In this document: piece by piece, positions 51,144 through 60,373 of the stretch
How positions within the stretch are numbered: position 1 is the stretch's first letter
How the letters are laid out: each line of letters starts with the position of its first letter
Assembly (NCBI GenBank): GCA_003647645.1
Contig: QMNG01000002.1
Location: 65,151 to 129,150, forward strand
Direction of reading: 5' to 3'
Source: a candidate division Kazan bacterium
GTDB taxonomy: Bacteria > Patescibacteriota > Kazan-3B-28
DNA: 64,000 nucleotides
Translations under genes and position numbers: made by a program
The notes under the pieces: model-generated
What the model was told of the DNA's origin: nothing
What the model saw: only the letters and a program-made list of their open reading frames with translations
Database searches by the model: none

Positions 51144-51698
51144 ATGCCTGATCTGCAACTTAAAGAAAAACAGGATACTGAAATTGAGCTAAGACTGATT
51201 AAACGGTCCCAAAGTGGAGACGAACAGGCCTTTGGTGAACTCTACGATATTTGGGCCGGGCGGGTTTATCGCTTTGTTTTTTTCAAAGTCAAGAATACAG
51301 CAACAGCCGAAGATCTCACCTCTGAGATTTTTCTCAAAGCGTGGCAGAAAATCCATCAATACAAAATTCGAAGCGGTGCCAACTTCTCATCTTGGCTTTA
51401 TACGGTCGCTCGCAACAGCATCATCGACCATTATCGGATGAATCGTAAAACGGAAATATCTTTCGAGGATTTGCCGGAGATAGCCGACCTTGAAGGACCA
51501 GAACCGTTTGCTGAAGAATTAACGATGGAAAGAGCTTTGCGGAGCCTGCCGGATGATTATGAAAGGGTGTTGCGCCTGCGTTTCGTAGAGGATCTGCCGA
51601 TAGCCAAAGTTGCTCAGAAAATGAAAAAGAAAGAAAGCAATGTCCGCGCTATCACTCATCGGGCACTCAAAAAACTAAAAGAAGAATTGGAAAAATAG
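51144..51698 (+). CDS. ECF-type sigma-70 family sigma factor, copy 2
   Basis: 184 aa. AEDLTSEIFLKAWQKIHQY, FSSWLYTVARNSIIDHYRM and region 4 HTH IAKVAQKMKKKESNVRAITHRALKKLK. Confidence 0.85.
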   Translation: MPDLQLKEKQDTEIELRLIKRSQSGDEQAFGELYDIWAGRVYRFVFFKVKNTATAEDLTSEIFLKAWQKIHQYKIRSGANFSSWLYTVARNSIIDHYRMNRKTEISFEDLPEIADLEGPEPFAEELTMERALRSLPDDYERVLRLRFVEDLPIAKVAQKMKKKESNVRAITHRALKKLKEELEK

Positions 51699-51849
51699 AA
51701 CAATTCCTAAGGATTCCTTGAAGAATTTTTGGGAGATGGCATCCAGCCCAGTCTCCGACTCGGAGAGTCTCAAGACTCAGAGAGAGGGTAACTAAAACCC
51801 GGAGGGGGAAAAGAAAAACATCTCTTATAAAAGCATCAAGGAATCAAGC

Positions 51850-52836
51850 GTGAAAACCAGTGAGTTAGAAAATTTGGAGAAGAACTTGAGCATTCTAGGC
51901 AAGAATGCGCATTTAAATATTGCCCAGCGCCAGCGTATTCGCGATCGGCTTTTCCGCCAGATCGGCCAGTTGGATATTATGGATGCGGTTCAGACAGATA
52001 CCGACACCAGCGAATTAGTGGTGCCGCTTAACCGCTTAAAACAGATATTCCAGCCCCGTCGGACAATGATAAGCCTGCCCGCAACTTTGGGTATAGTTGC
52101 CCTGGTATTTGTGGCTACCCTTGCCACCAGTGTGGCAGCCAAAGACGCCCTGCCGGGTTCTTTCTGGTATCCGGCTAGAAAGGCCTTTGACAGCGTAAAG
52201 GTCGTGATCACCCCCAGCTCGCAGAAGGCCGATGTTTTGCTTTCTATCGCCTCAGAGCGCATTGGTGATATAGCGGAGGCCCCTAACCTTGATGCGGCGC
52301 TGCGGGAGTCCCGAAAGGCCATTGTTAGCGCTCAAACCGCTGTGGCAGCTCTGAGTGAAGCAGATGAAGAAACATCTGCGGAGCTTTTGAATAAATTAAA
52401 AGCCATCATCGATTCCCAAAAAACGATTCTGGCGACCATCGTCAAAGAAAATATTGATGACGAAGCTATTCAACAGAGCGTAATTGCAGTTCGGGAAGAA
52501 TTAGATGAGCTACTGCCCGAGACAACCACACCGGCAGAGAAGGCGGAGGATAGTGCAGAAGAGGCTGTCCCTACAGAGGGCTATGTGTCGTTCAGCGGCA
52601 CGATGGGCAGCTACACCGCCAAGCCGACTATCATGGTCGGCGACACCCGCTATTTCTTGGCTGGCAGCGATATTAGTTTGATCCAGTTTATGGGCATCGG
52701 CGATGCCACTGCTTTTGGATATTTAGAAGGAGATACAATCACGCTTTCCAAACTGTTGATCGGCGGAAAGGTCGTGTTCGAAGCAAGTCATAATAGTTTA
52801 AATCAATCCGCTGACGGTGGCGCGTCAGCTTTGTAA
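51850..52836 (+). CDS. Single-pass membrane protein, sigma-factor partner 2 (DUF5667-like)
   Basis: GTG start, 328 aa. TM helix LPATLGIVALVFVATLATSVAA followed by KDALPGSFWYPARKAFD. Helical region, then a beta-rich C-terminal domain. Confidence 0.6.
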   Translation: MKTSELENLEKNLSILGKNAHLNIAQRQRIRDRLFRQIGQLDIMDAVQTDTDTSELVVPLNRLKQIFQPRRTMISLPATLGIVALVFVATLATSVAAKDALPGSFWYPARKAFDSVKVVITPSSQKADVLLSIASERIGDIAEAPNLDAALRESRKAIVSAQTAVAALSEADEETSAELLNKLKAIIDSQKTILATIVKENIDDEAIQQSVIAVREELDELLPETTTPAEKAEDSAEEAVPTEGYVSFSGTMGSYTAKPTIMVGDTRYFLAGSDISLIQFMGIGDATAFGYLEGDTITLSKLLIGGKVVFEASHNSLNQSADGGASAL

Positions 52837-52939
52837 TTGCCATCTAAACCTTGGGTCGAGGACGCAAAATAATGTCCGGGTTAGATTCAAAAACAACCAA
52901 CACACAAATTATAGAATTCTTAAGAAAGATAATAACTAA

Positions 52940-55900
52940 ATGAGTACAGTTCTTTTACAGAAAAGTACAAGAGCAATCGCTTGGTTAATTGCCGCCAGCG
53001 TAGCTATTGCTTTCGCGGCTCCCCAAGCTCTTGCTTTTGAAAACCTTGGTACCTTTAGGTATCAATGGAAGTCTCAGAGTGGTACTATCTCGGCTGATGG
53101 AACAGCTCACGAAGTGGCCGTCAATCCTGGCGACACTGTTTCGATGAGCTTGACCATCACCAACCGTTCGACCAACCCAAGAGCGTTGGTAATGTACGGT
53201 ACTAGTGCTCTTCTGGACGAAGGTGCCAGCTATCCATATGCTCACGCAGTGGGTCTTGGCACTTCACACCCAAGGGACAATGTACCAGCCTGGATTGATA
53301 GCTCGAGCTTTGCGATCAATGGTAACAGGTTTACCTACTATGATGGCGAACCAGTAAATCCGGGTGAGGATATGACATTGACCTTTGACGTAAAGATCTC
53401 CAGTACTGCCGCAAACGGTACTTATGATCTTTACACAGAAATTGTTCGCGAGTGGGATGGTTGGGCCCAGCAGGTAACTGCCGCTGGTGTTCCCATCGGT
53501 AACGGCGACATTTTCTGGAGGTTCCTCATTGGTGGCACGGTCACCGGTGGTGGCGACCTTAATGTTGGCATTGCTGGTGATACTCCAGCTAGTGATGATG
53601 TAGCCAACGGTGCTGTTGATGTGGTTATGGCCAAGATCAACTTTACAGCTGGTGCATCTGACAATGCCTTAGTCAGCAGTCTTGCAATTCGCAGAACTGG
53701 TCTGTCAGCTGATGATGATGTTAGTGATATCAAGCTTTATGATGGAACAACTAAGATTGGTTCCACTCAGGGCTTAAATACTACTACTCACAAGGCTACC
53801 TTTACTGGTTTATCTTGGCTAATTCCAGCTGGAACAACCAAAACTCTGACCATTAAGGGCTCAATTCCATCTGCGACTGCCGATACGGGTAAAATTATTA
53901 CCCTGGGAATTCAATCAGCGTCCGATGTTGTCCTGTCTGGGGGCGGCACAGTAGCCGGTAATTTCCCAGCCTATGGTAATGAATTCACCGTCGGTGGTAT
54001 TTCTGTTGGTCAGTTGGATGTTGACGTTCAGACGTCGCCAGCTGCTGCCAATATCTTGTCTGGAAGCACCGATCAAGCCATCGCCTCGTGGAAGTTTACT
54101 GCCAATTCAACCGAAGGATTTGATATAAATTCAATTACCTTCACTGAGATTGGCACCTCCGTTGATAGCGACCTAAGCAATATGGTGCTGAAGATTAACG
54201 GTGTTCAGATTGGTACGTCAGTGGCTAGTTTGGCTAATGGTAAGGTTACTTTCACGGGTAGTCCACTATTTAGTGTAGCTGCTGGTAACAGTGAGTATCT
54301 CTACATTTATGCTGATATCGCTGATGGTGTCACCTCTGAACGGACCGTCCGCTTTGAGATCAATGCCGCCACGGATATTGTGGCCTACGGCCAAAATTCG
54401 AATGGCATTGTAACCGTTACCTACTCAAGTAATACAACGTTTGTTGCTCAGCAGGGTAAGGTAATGACTATTGTTCAGGGTACATTAACCGTTGCGAAGC
54501 ATGCTACCAACTTAGCCGCTCAAACCTACATCGTAGGCGAGGAGCAGGTTGAGATTGGTAAATGGAAGTTCAGCGCCGGTTCGCGCGAAGGTCTGAAGAT
54601 CACCAAGCTGATCTTCAATGAGGACTCAACTGCGACCAGCACTGATTACCAGAATGCCAAGCTCTACATTGATGAGTCGGAAACACCAATCTCCGCCGGG
54701 GGTTCAATCAGCAGTACAACCATTACCTTTGAGGACGGCAACGGCTTGTTTGAAGTTCCCAAGAGCGGAAACACTGTCGTTACTCTGAAGTTTGATATTT
54801 CATCTTCAGCTGTGGCTGGCGATGACTTCCGCGTTGGTATCGGTACCGATTCAAGTTCATACACAAATATCACGATGTATGGACTGACTTCAGGTGACAA
54901 GATCGATCAGGATTCAAGCCATATCACTCTGACATCGTGTTCAGACGGTGATATGAATACCCACACAGTTGCTGCTTACGGTACTTTGGTTGTTTCTAAC
55001 GGTCCGAATACTCCGGCTGCAGCCAATTATGCGCTGGGGACTGACGACTATGAATTCCTGCAGTTTAGAATGCAGGCTAGCAGTGAAGCTATGCGGGTTA
55101 CAGCCCTGACAGTTCGCTTCTATGATGATGCTTCTAGTTCAGATGCTTATGCAAGCGGTGATGAAATTGCCACAGGTGATGTAACAAATGTTGCTTTGTA
55201 CTACTGGGATGGCAGTGCTTGGATAATGCTGGGATCGGAAGTAAGCAGCCCGACTACGGGTGTCGCTTCCTTCACCTTTGATCACACCATTCCCAAAAAC
55301 ACCACAGAAACTTACAAGGTTGTTGGTGACATTCCTACAACCTCGGCTGCCAGCTATATCTACGCTGATGTTGGTGCCACCACTGGTGCTACTACAGGCG
55401 TAACCACCGCCGCTGATATAACGACGACGGGTGTGTCCTCCGCTGCCAGCATTGATGAAACCGGTTCGGCCGATGGTAATCTGATGACCAAAGTCACTCC
55501 GATTATCACTGTGAACGCTTCAACCGTTCCAGCTGCCAGAACCGTGATTAAAAACGGTAATGATATTCTGCTTGGCAAATTCTTCCTAACTGCTAATGAT
55601 GTTGAAGACATCAAGATTAGCACACTGAAGATATATGCCGACGATACCGATGCGATGAATTCGACATCCGGTGTCGATGGTGATATCTCCACTGTTTACC
55701 TTCGCTTTGACGACGGCGGCACTTGGAGAACAACCAAAACAGAAAACTGGGTCAGCGACACGCCGGATTACATTACCTACACCGGTTCGGACTTTAATGA
55801 TCCGAACGAGTGGGTAGTGCCCAAAGGCGGCAGCTTGGTTGTTGAGATTCGTGGAGATATTACCGATACAGGTACCGCTTATGTAGGTATGACCACTGCA

Positions 55901-57595
55901 TCAACCAACGTTGTTGGTTCGGGCTTAAGTTCAGGTACATCAGCTACCATTTACGATTACCAGAACAACGCCTACAACCAGGTTTGGGCGTCTCCCAAAC
56001 TGACTCTAGCGGCTTCCGGAACGCTCACTGTTACCGCTGCAACTGATACACCATCAGTTCAGATGGTGACGGCTACTTATGACACGGATAACCGGACAAC
56101 TCCAACCTTCTTCCGGATTAAATTGGCAGGCGCCAATGAAGCCATTGAAGTTGATGCTCTCCGCGCTAAAGTTGCCGACGCCGGCGATGCCAGCGAGGAC
56201 GATAACTTCTCTGGCACCGTGTATGTTTACGAAGGCGGTACAATGAGCGACAATGTTCTGACTGGCGGTACGCTGGTTGGTTCAGGCACGCTCATTCCTG
56301 TCAGCAGCGCTGATGCGGCTGCCGACATCATCTTCGATACAGTGGTTACAGTGCCTGAAAATGGCAATGCGTATCTGACGCTTTTGGCAGAGCTCAACTC
56401 CATGACAGAGGGCGCTGACAGTATGGATGTTCCTTATCTTGGTCTTGATTACAATGTCCAGACCGGTATTTGGGACGCCAACTATGCGGACGACTACAAC
56501 ATTCGGGCTACTGGTACTCAGTCCAACTCCAAGATTTACTCGGCTGGAACCATTACTTCCATTCTCAAGGGAGAAGCCGCTGTAGTTGCCAAGACCGCGT
56601 TGGGTATGGCCAAGCACAGCAACTCGCCGTCTGGCACTGCTACTCGTCATGCCAACCACACTATCTTCAAACTGGCGATGACTAACACCAACCCAGACCA
56701 AGATGCTCTGTTCCGGGCTGGCGCTGCGCAGTACACTGCCACTACCGCTTCTGCGGGAGTAGGCACTTGGACGGCCTGTACAGTTGGAGATACCGTAGCT
56801 AACGATAGTACGAATTACATCACCGGTTCAGGCGCGGTTAAGGTAACACTTGACACGCCGGCAGCCGTTGGTGATGGTATGTACTGGAAAGCGGACGCCG
56901 CTACCGATCTGTCAGACTACGAGCGGGTTAGTGTCTGGGTTCGCAGCTCAGTGGCTATTGCAACTGCCGGAGATCTTGAGTTCGAAGTTGATGACACAGA
57001 CGCACTGGCTTCGCCTGAGCTTAATAGCGATCTGCCAGTGTTGAATGCCAACACTTGGTATCGCCATGACGCGGCGTTAGGTGACGCCATTGAAGATGAT
57101 GCTCAGTATTGGGGAGTTCGGGTGGCTGCTAATCATACAACTTACAACTCGGCTGTGATTACACTCGATAATATCGTCTTCTACAGAGACGCCTTGACTG
57201 TCAATCTGTCTTCGAATGGTGGCTTGTTCAACACTACCGGCGCTACTAATACGGCGATAACTCTGAAGGATGGTACAACCACCTTGGCGACGGGTTACTA
57301 CTCTGGCACCGGTACGGCTAAGTTGTCCACCAGTAACGGAGAGGTCACATTTATTCCAACTACCGAGCGGACAATTCCCGCCAGCGGTAAGACTTGGGAT
57401 ATTGTTGCTGATACTTCTACATTGGTAACGAATACCAGCAAGGACCTGACGATGCTGATAGATCTCGGCTCGGCCAGTTCAGCAGGCGCGATCACAGAGG
57501 GAGATGTGTTGTGGAACGACAACAGCTATACGCTCAACATCGGTTGGGTGGATAACCGCGATACATCCACACTGAGCGCTGGTCTGAACTTCTAA
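52940..57595 (+). CDS. 1551-aa secreted repeat protein (NBR1-like N-domain + many Ig-like ~100-aa repeats + C-terminal lectin/CBM-like region); S-layer or major surface protein candidate
   Basis: Signal peptide ending AFAAPQALA. The N-terminal FRYQWKSQSGTISADGTAHEV... domain is related to the C-terminal domains of 16567 and 58597. Thr/Ala/Gly/Ser-rich with very few Cys. Reiterated motifs (ITFTE/LIFNE, KLYxDxT, GxxxxFTFxxxIPxGTTxT). Strong terminator. Confidence 0.8.
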   Translation: MSTVLLQKSTRAIAWLIAASVAIAFAAPQALAFENLGTFRYQWKSQSGTISADGTAHEVAVNPGDTVSMSLTITNRSTNPRALVMYGTSALLDEGASYPYAHAVGLGTSHPRDNVPAWIDSSSFAINGNRFTYYDGEPVNPGEDMTLTFDVKISSTAANGTYDLYTEIVREWDGWAQQVTAAGVPIGNGDIFWRFLIGGTVTGGGDLNVGIAGDTPASDDVANGAVDVVMAKINFTAGASDNALVSSLAIRRTGLSADDDVSDIKLYDGTTKIGSTQGLNTTTHKATFTGLSWLIPAGTTKTLTIKGSIPSATADTGKIITLGIQSASDVVLSGGGTVAGNFPAYGNEFTVGGISVGQLDVDVQTSPAAANILSGSTDQAIASWKFTANSTEGFDINSITFTEIGTSVDSDLSNMVLKINGVQIGTSVASLANGKVTFTGSPLFSVAAGNSEYLYIYADIADGVTSERTVRFEINAATDIVAYGQNSNGIVTVTYSSNTTFVAQQGKVMTIVQGTLTVAKHATNLAAQTYIVGEEQVEIGKWKFSAGSREGLKITKLIFNEDSTATSTDYQNAKLYIDESETPISAGGSISSTTITFEDGNGLFEVPKSGNTVVTLKFDISSSAVAGDDFRVGIGTDSSSYTNITMYGLTSGDKIDQDSSHITLTSCSDGDMNTHTVAAYGTLVVSNGPNTPAAANYALGTDDYEFLQFRMQASSEAMRVTALTVRFYDDASSSDAYASGDEIATGDVTNVALYYWDGSAWIMLGSEVSSPTTGVASFTFDHTIPKNTTETYKVVGDIPTTSAASYIYADVGATTGATTGVTTAADITTTGVSSAASIDETGSADGNLMTKVTPIITVNASTVPAARTVIKNGNDILLGKFFLTANDVEDIKISTLKIYADDTDAMNSTSGVDGDISTVYLRFDDGGTWRTTKTENWVSDTPDYITYTGSDFNDPNEWVVPKGGSLVVEIRGDITDTGTAYVGMTTASTNVVGSGLSSGTSATIYDYQNNAYNQVWASPKLTLAASGTLTVTAATDTPSVQMVTATYDTDNRTTPTFFRIKLAGANEAIEVDALRAKVADAGDASEDDNFSGTVYVYEGGTMSDNVLTGGTLVGSGTLIPVSSADAAADIIFDTVVTVPENGNAYLTLLAELNSMTEGADSMDVPYLGLDYNVQTGIWDANYADDYNIRATGTQSNSKIYSAGTITSILKGEAAVVAKTALGMAKHSNSPSGTATRHANHTIFKLAMTNTNPDQDALFRAGAAQYTATTASAGVGTWTACTVGDTVANDSTNYITGSGAVKVTLDTPAAVGDGMYWKADAATDLSDYERVSVWVRSSVAIATAGDLEFEVDDTDALASPELNSDLPVLNANTWYRHDAALGDAIEDDAQYWGVRVAANHTTYNSAVITLDNIVFYRDALTVNLSSNGGLFNTTGATNTAITLKDGTTTLATGYYSGTGTAKLSTSNGEVTFIPTTERTIPASGKTWDIVADTSTLVTNTSKDLTMLIDLGSASSAGAITEGDVLWNDNSYTLNIGWVDNRDTSTLSAGLNF

Positions 57596-57645
57596 ATCTG
57601 AATAACATGTTTGGCAGTTGAACTCTAATTAAAAAAAACTGCACG

Positions 57646-57680
57646 AAAAAGCCCCGTCTGCTGACGGGGCTTTTGGTTTG
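57646..57680 (+). terminator. Rho-independent terminator after the 1551-aa gene
   Basis: Stem GCCCCGTC-TGCT-GACGGGGC followed by TTTTGGTTT. Confidence 0.85.
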
Positions 57681-57786
57681 CATTATTTGATAAATAATAG
57701 AACCCAAACGCAAGCTGGCGTTTGATCCAGCGGTACTTTTGTCTTGCCAAAAGTACCCAAAAGCGTTTACGCGTTCGCTTTCGTGT

Positions 57787-57891
57787 CTAAATACTAAATA
57801 AACCGTCTTACTGCTTACGCCCAAACTCACCTCGATACTCCGTATCGGGGTTCAAACAGTGGGCTTCGCAACGACAGTTTATTTGATTTAG
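57787..57891. repeat. Long imperfect palindrome (~105 bp) in non-coding region
   Basis: CTAAATACTAAATAAACCGTC...centre CGATACTCCGTATCG...GACAGTTTATTTGATTTAG. The arms are imperfect inverted complements. Confidence 0.6.
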
Positions 57892-57960
57892 TTCCCTCAA
57901 GCTCAACGCTAGTTATTTGCTTCGCAAAGTGGAGGAGATAAATAGTATATACTATGTTAT

Positions 57961-58030
57961 ATACTATTTCCTGAGCTTGTTGCAGGACTACTTTGGGTTT
58001 TGTATCTCTTCGACTACGCTCAGAGAATAA
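57961..58030. repeat. Palindromic MITE-like element
   Basis: ATACTATTTCCTGAGCTTGTTGCAGGAC...CTCTTCGACTACGCTCAGAGAATAA. Same family as 48741-48800. Confidence 0.65.
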
Positions 58031-58070
58031 AGAATATTTTTCTCTACTCTCTATACTCTATTCTCTGCTT

Positions 58071-58288
58071 AATAAAAAAGGCCGCCGATCAGTGGGCCCT
58101 AAGTAAATATGTGGCTACGACCGGCGGCGCAAAGAGCACCGTACCGTCATGTCGAGCTTTATTGTCTTAGGACCAAAGAAGGGGACAAATTTCTTTATCC
58201 GCTTGTCTGGTCCCAAAACCAGCTCGAAAATTTTTGAAAATGTGCAACAACAAGTTTTATGTTGATGTTACCACAACAGAACGGCAAC
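58071..58288 (-). ncRNA. Candidate small RNA of unknown class (orphan promoter + terminator on minus strand)
   Basis: Minus-strand TTGCAC (58323-58318), 17-nt spacer, TATAAC (58300-58295). Minus-strand terminator: stem GCCGCCGGTC/GATCGGCGGC (58081-58128) followed by CTTTTTTATT. No ORF of 60 aa or more in between. An internal nested hairpin CGAGCT..GGACC..GACAA..TTGTC..GGTCC..AGCTCG. Confidence 0.3.
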
Positions 58289-58386
58289 GGTTTAGTTATA
58301 CCATAGTTGTCTAGTTTGTGCAAGGGTTTTGTCTCGGAGATATAAAAATATTGGCTCTAGAACAGTATAATTTATTTAATTTTTCT

Positions 58387-58415
58387 TTGAGCTTAAGAGC
58401 TAAAAACGGTATAAT
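58387..58415 (+). promoter_or_regulatory. Sigma-70-type promoter upstream of FN3 protein gene
   Basis: TTGAGC (58387-58392), 17-nt spacer, TATAAT (58410-58415). Confidence 0.5.
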
Positions 58416-58464
58416 ATGGTTAGAGTACAGAGAATAGAGAGTAGAGAATAAGAACAACATTGCT

Positions 58465-58539
58465 GTCATTGCGAGGAACGGAAGTGACGAAGCAATCTAT
58501 ATCTAGGCACTTAGATTGCCACGCTCCGCTCGCAATGAC
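58465..58539. repeat. Palindromic MITE-like element (GTCATTGCGAGG...CTCGCAATGAC type) in 5' leader
   Basis: GTCATTGCGAGGAACGGAAGTGACGAAGCAATCT...AGATTGCCACGCTCCGCTCGCAATGAC. Confidence 0.7.
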
Positions 58540-58596
58540 AAATGATAGGAAGATAATATAAAAGTTAATTCGGGGACGACACAAAAGGCAAAGAGG

Positions 58597-59808
58597 ATGA
58601 AAATTAAAATCAGTTATATATTTTTGGGGATATTGTTGCTATCAGCAATGATTGCGCCACTACGCGCTGTAGCCGCCATTGATGCGCCTTGGGGCGTGGT
58701 GGTCGAGGAAGGTGACAGTAAATATGATCTGCGGCTCTGGTGGGCCAATCCTAATATCGCTAACTTGGATCATATTAATTTGTATATGGCAGCCGGCTCT
58801 CTTGAGCACCCCAGCGTGATAGAAGTTGGCGGAGAGCAAGCCCGGCCGCATCAAATTGGCACCTACCAAGTTGAAGATTTAATTTCGGGGGTTTGGTATT
58901 ATTTCTATTTGGTTGCAGTTGATACAAAAGGGAATGAAAGTCCTCGCACCGACTATTACAAACGCCGGACTGGAATAGCTGCCGATGTTACATCACCGTA
59001 TAGTGTCAGTTCTGTGTTTGTTAATGATGTTCGGCACGATGGGTTGACTCTTAATTGGGCAAATCCGGGTGATGACGATTTCTACCGAACTTTAATATAT
59101 CGTTCAACCGACAGCAATGTTCTGGCCAGCGAAACTAACTTGCTTGGACGGCAAGTGGCGCTGCCAAGCACCGTTAAAAAGTATGTTGACAGCGGTCTCG
59201 AGCCGGAAACTACTTATTACTATCGCCTGGTAGCAGAAGACGTTAAAGGCAATAAAAGCGAGTCAGTTATCGTGTCAGAAACAACACAGGCCGCGCCAGT
59301 AGCGGAACCCGAGCCGGAGCCCGTTGAACCAAGTGAATCTGAAGATCAAGATGACGCTGGCATCGTTCCGGATGTGATGCCGAATCCGGCCCTGTTTGAT
59401 TACCGAGCCGAATGGGTGAGTCAAAGCGGAACAGTAAATAACGCCGGCACTGCTCATGTAGTCACGGCCAGTGTTGGTGAAACAATTACCCTGGAATTAA
59501 CTTTAAAAAATACCGGCTCATCCTGGTGGTATTTTAAAACTCCGGATAACGCTCATGAAGTAAAGATTGGAACTTGGAATGAGGCTGACAGAATAAGTTT
59601 ATTTAAAGCTGACAGTTGGCTATCCGTTAATCGCGCTTCTACGCTCGATGCGGTTGTGCCGACAGGCAGTATGGCTACATTTAGTTTTGATTTGACAATT
59701 CCCGCCGATACAGCGGCCGGAGTCTATTCCGAATACTTTCGGCCGGTGGCAGAGTATGTTGAGTGGTTTGGCCCAACGGGAATATTTTGGGAAATAGAAG
59801 TGAACTAG
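58597..59808 (+). CDS. Secreted protein with two fibronectin type III-like domains and a C-terminal NBR1-like domain
   Basis: Signal peptide. FN3-like segments (LRLWWANP...YYFYLVAVDTKGNES and LTLNWANPGDDDFYRTLIYRS...TYYYRLVAEDVKGNKS). A Pro/Glu linker. C-terminal YRAEWVSQSG...GVYSEYFRPVAEYVEWFG domain. Confidence 0.8.
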   Translation: MKIKISYIFLGILLLSAMIAPLRAVAAIDAPWGVVVEEGDSKYDLRLWWANPNIANLDHINLYMAAGSLEHPSVIEVGGEQARPHQIGTYQVEDLISGVWYYFYLVAVDTKGNESPRTDYYKRRTGIAADVTSPYSVSSVFVNDVRHDGLTLNWANPGDDDFYRTLIYRSTDSNVLASETNLLGRQVALPSTVKKYVDSGLEPETTYYYRLVAEDVKGNKSESVIVSETTQAAPVAEPEPEPVEPSESEDQDDAGIVPDVMPNPALFDYRAEWVSQSGTVNNAGTAHVVTASVGETITLELTLKNTGSSWWYFKTPDNAHEVKIGTWNEADRISLFKADSWLSVNRASTLDAVVPTGSMATFSFDLTIPADTAAGVYSEYFRPVAEYVEWFGPTGIFWEIEVN

Positions 59809-59843
59809 AATCATGAATCATGAATCAAGGGAAACCGCCACTC

Positions 59844-59918
59844 GTCATTCTGAACTTATTTCAGAATCTAGATCCTGAACTAAACCTGTGCTGGTCTTGC
59901 CGAATGTATTCAGGATGA
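59844..59918. repeat. Palindromic MITE-like element (GTCATTCTGAAC...TTCAGGATGAC type)
   Basis: GTCATTCTGAACTTATTTCAGAATCTAGATCCTGAAC...GTATTCAGGATGAC. Confidence 0.65.
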
Positions 59919-59980
59919 CAATAGATAAGAAACAAAAACATCCATAATTCGTAATTCTTTATTCATAATTCAAACTTATC

Positions 59981-60313
59981 ATGTCCAAAACAACAACTTA
60001 CGTTCTAATTGCAGGGGTCATAATTATACTCGCAGGAGTCGCTGGATACTCTTTCATGCGGAATACCGGTGAAAGTTATGCCAGCAATGCGATTGAGTTA
60101 TTTTTAGACGGTAAATATGACGAGGCACTGACTGCTGCTGAACAGGCCCGCAGGAAAGGATACAATTCTACTAACTTTGGAATTATGTATGGTCAATTGC
60201 TGGCTGAACTGGGCCGGTACGACGAAGCCCGAGCCCAGTACGAGTTAGTCAAAACAGAAGACCCAAGCGCTATCATGGCTGTTGATGAATTGTTAAACAA
60301 ACTTCCCAAATAA
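59981..60313 (+). CDS. Small membrane-anchored TPR-like protein
   Basis: 110 aa. N-terminal TM helix (YVLIAGVIIILAGVAGYSF) then TPR-like helices (GKYDEALTAAEQA..., GRYDEARAQYELV). Confidence 0.55.
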   Translation: MSKTTTYVLIAGVIIILAGVAGYSFMRNTGESYASNAIELFLDGKYDEALTAAEQARRKGYNSTNFGIMYGQLLAELGRYDEARAQYELVKTEDPSAIMAVDELLNKLPK

Positions 60314-60321
60314 AATAACCC

Positions 60322-60373
60322 GTCATCCTGAATTTAGTTCAGGATCTAGATACTGAAACAAGTTCAGTATGAC
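60322..60373. repeat. Palindromic MITE-like element upstream of the second GIY-YIG gene
   Basis: GTCATCCTGAATTTAGTTCAGGATCTAGATACTGAAACAAGTTCAGTATGAC. Confidence 0.65.

Noticed and set aside
57534-57830. A 98-aa minus-strand ORF downstream of the 1551-aa gene.
   Set aside because: It overlaps that gene's 3' end and terminator and runs through palindromic repeat sequence. It has no coding signals.
58071-58288. Identifying the candidate sRNA as SRP RNA, 6S RNA, tmRNA or RNase P RNA.
   Set aside because: I could not find the SRP domain IV GGAA/AGCA motifs, tRNA-like tmRNA ends or RNase P conserved regions. The class is left unknown at low confidence.
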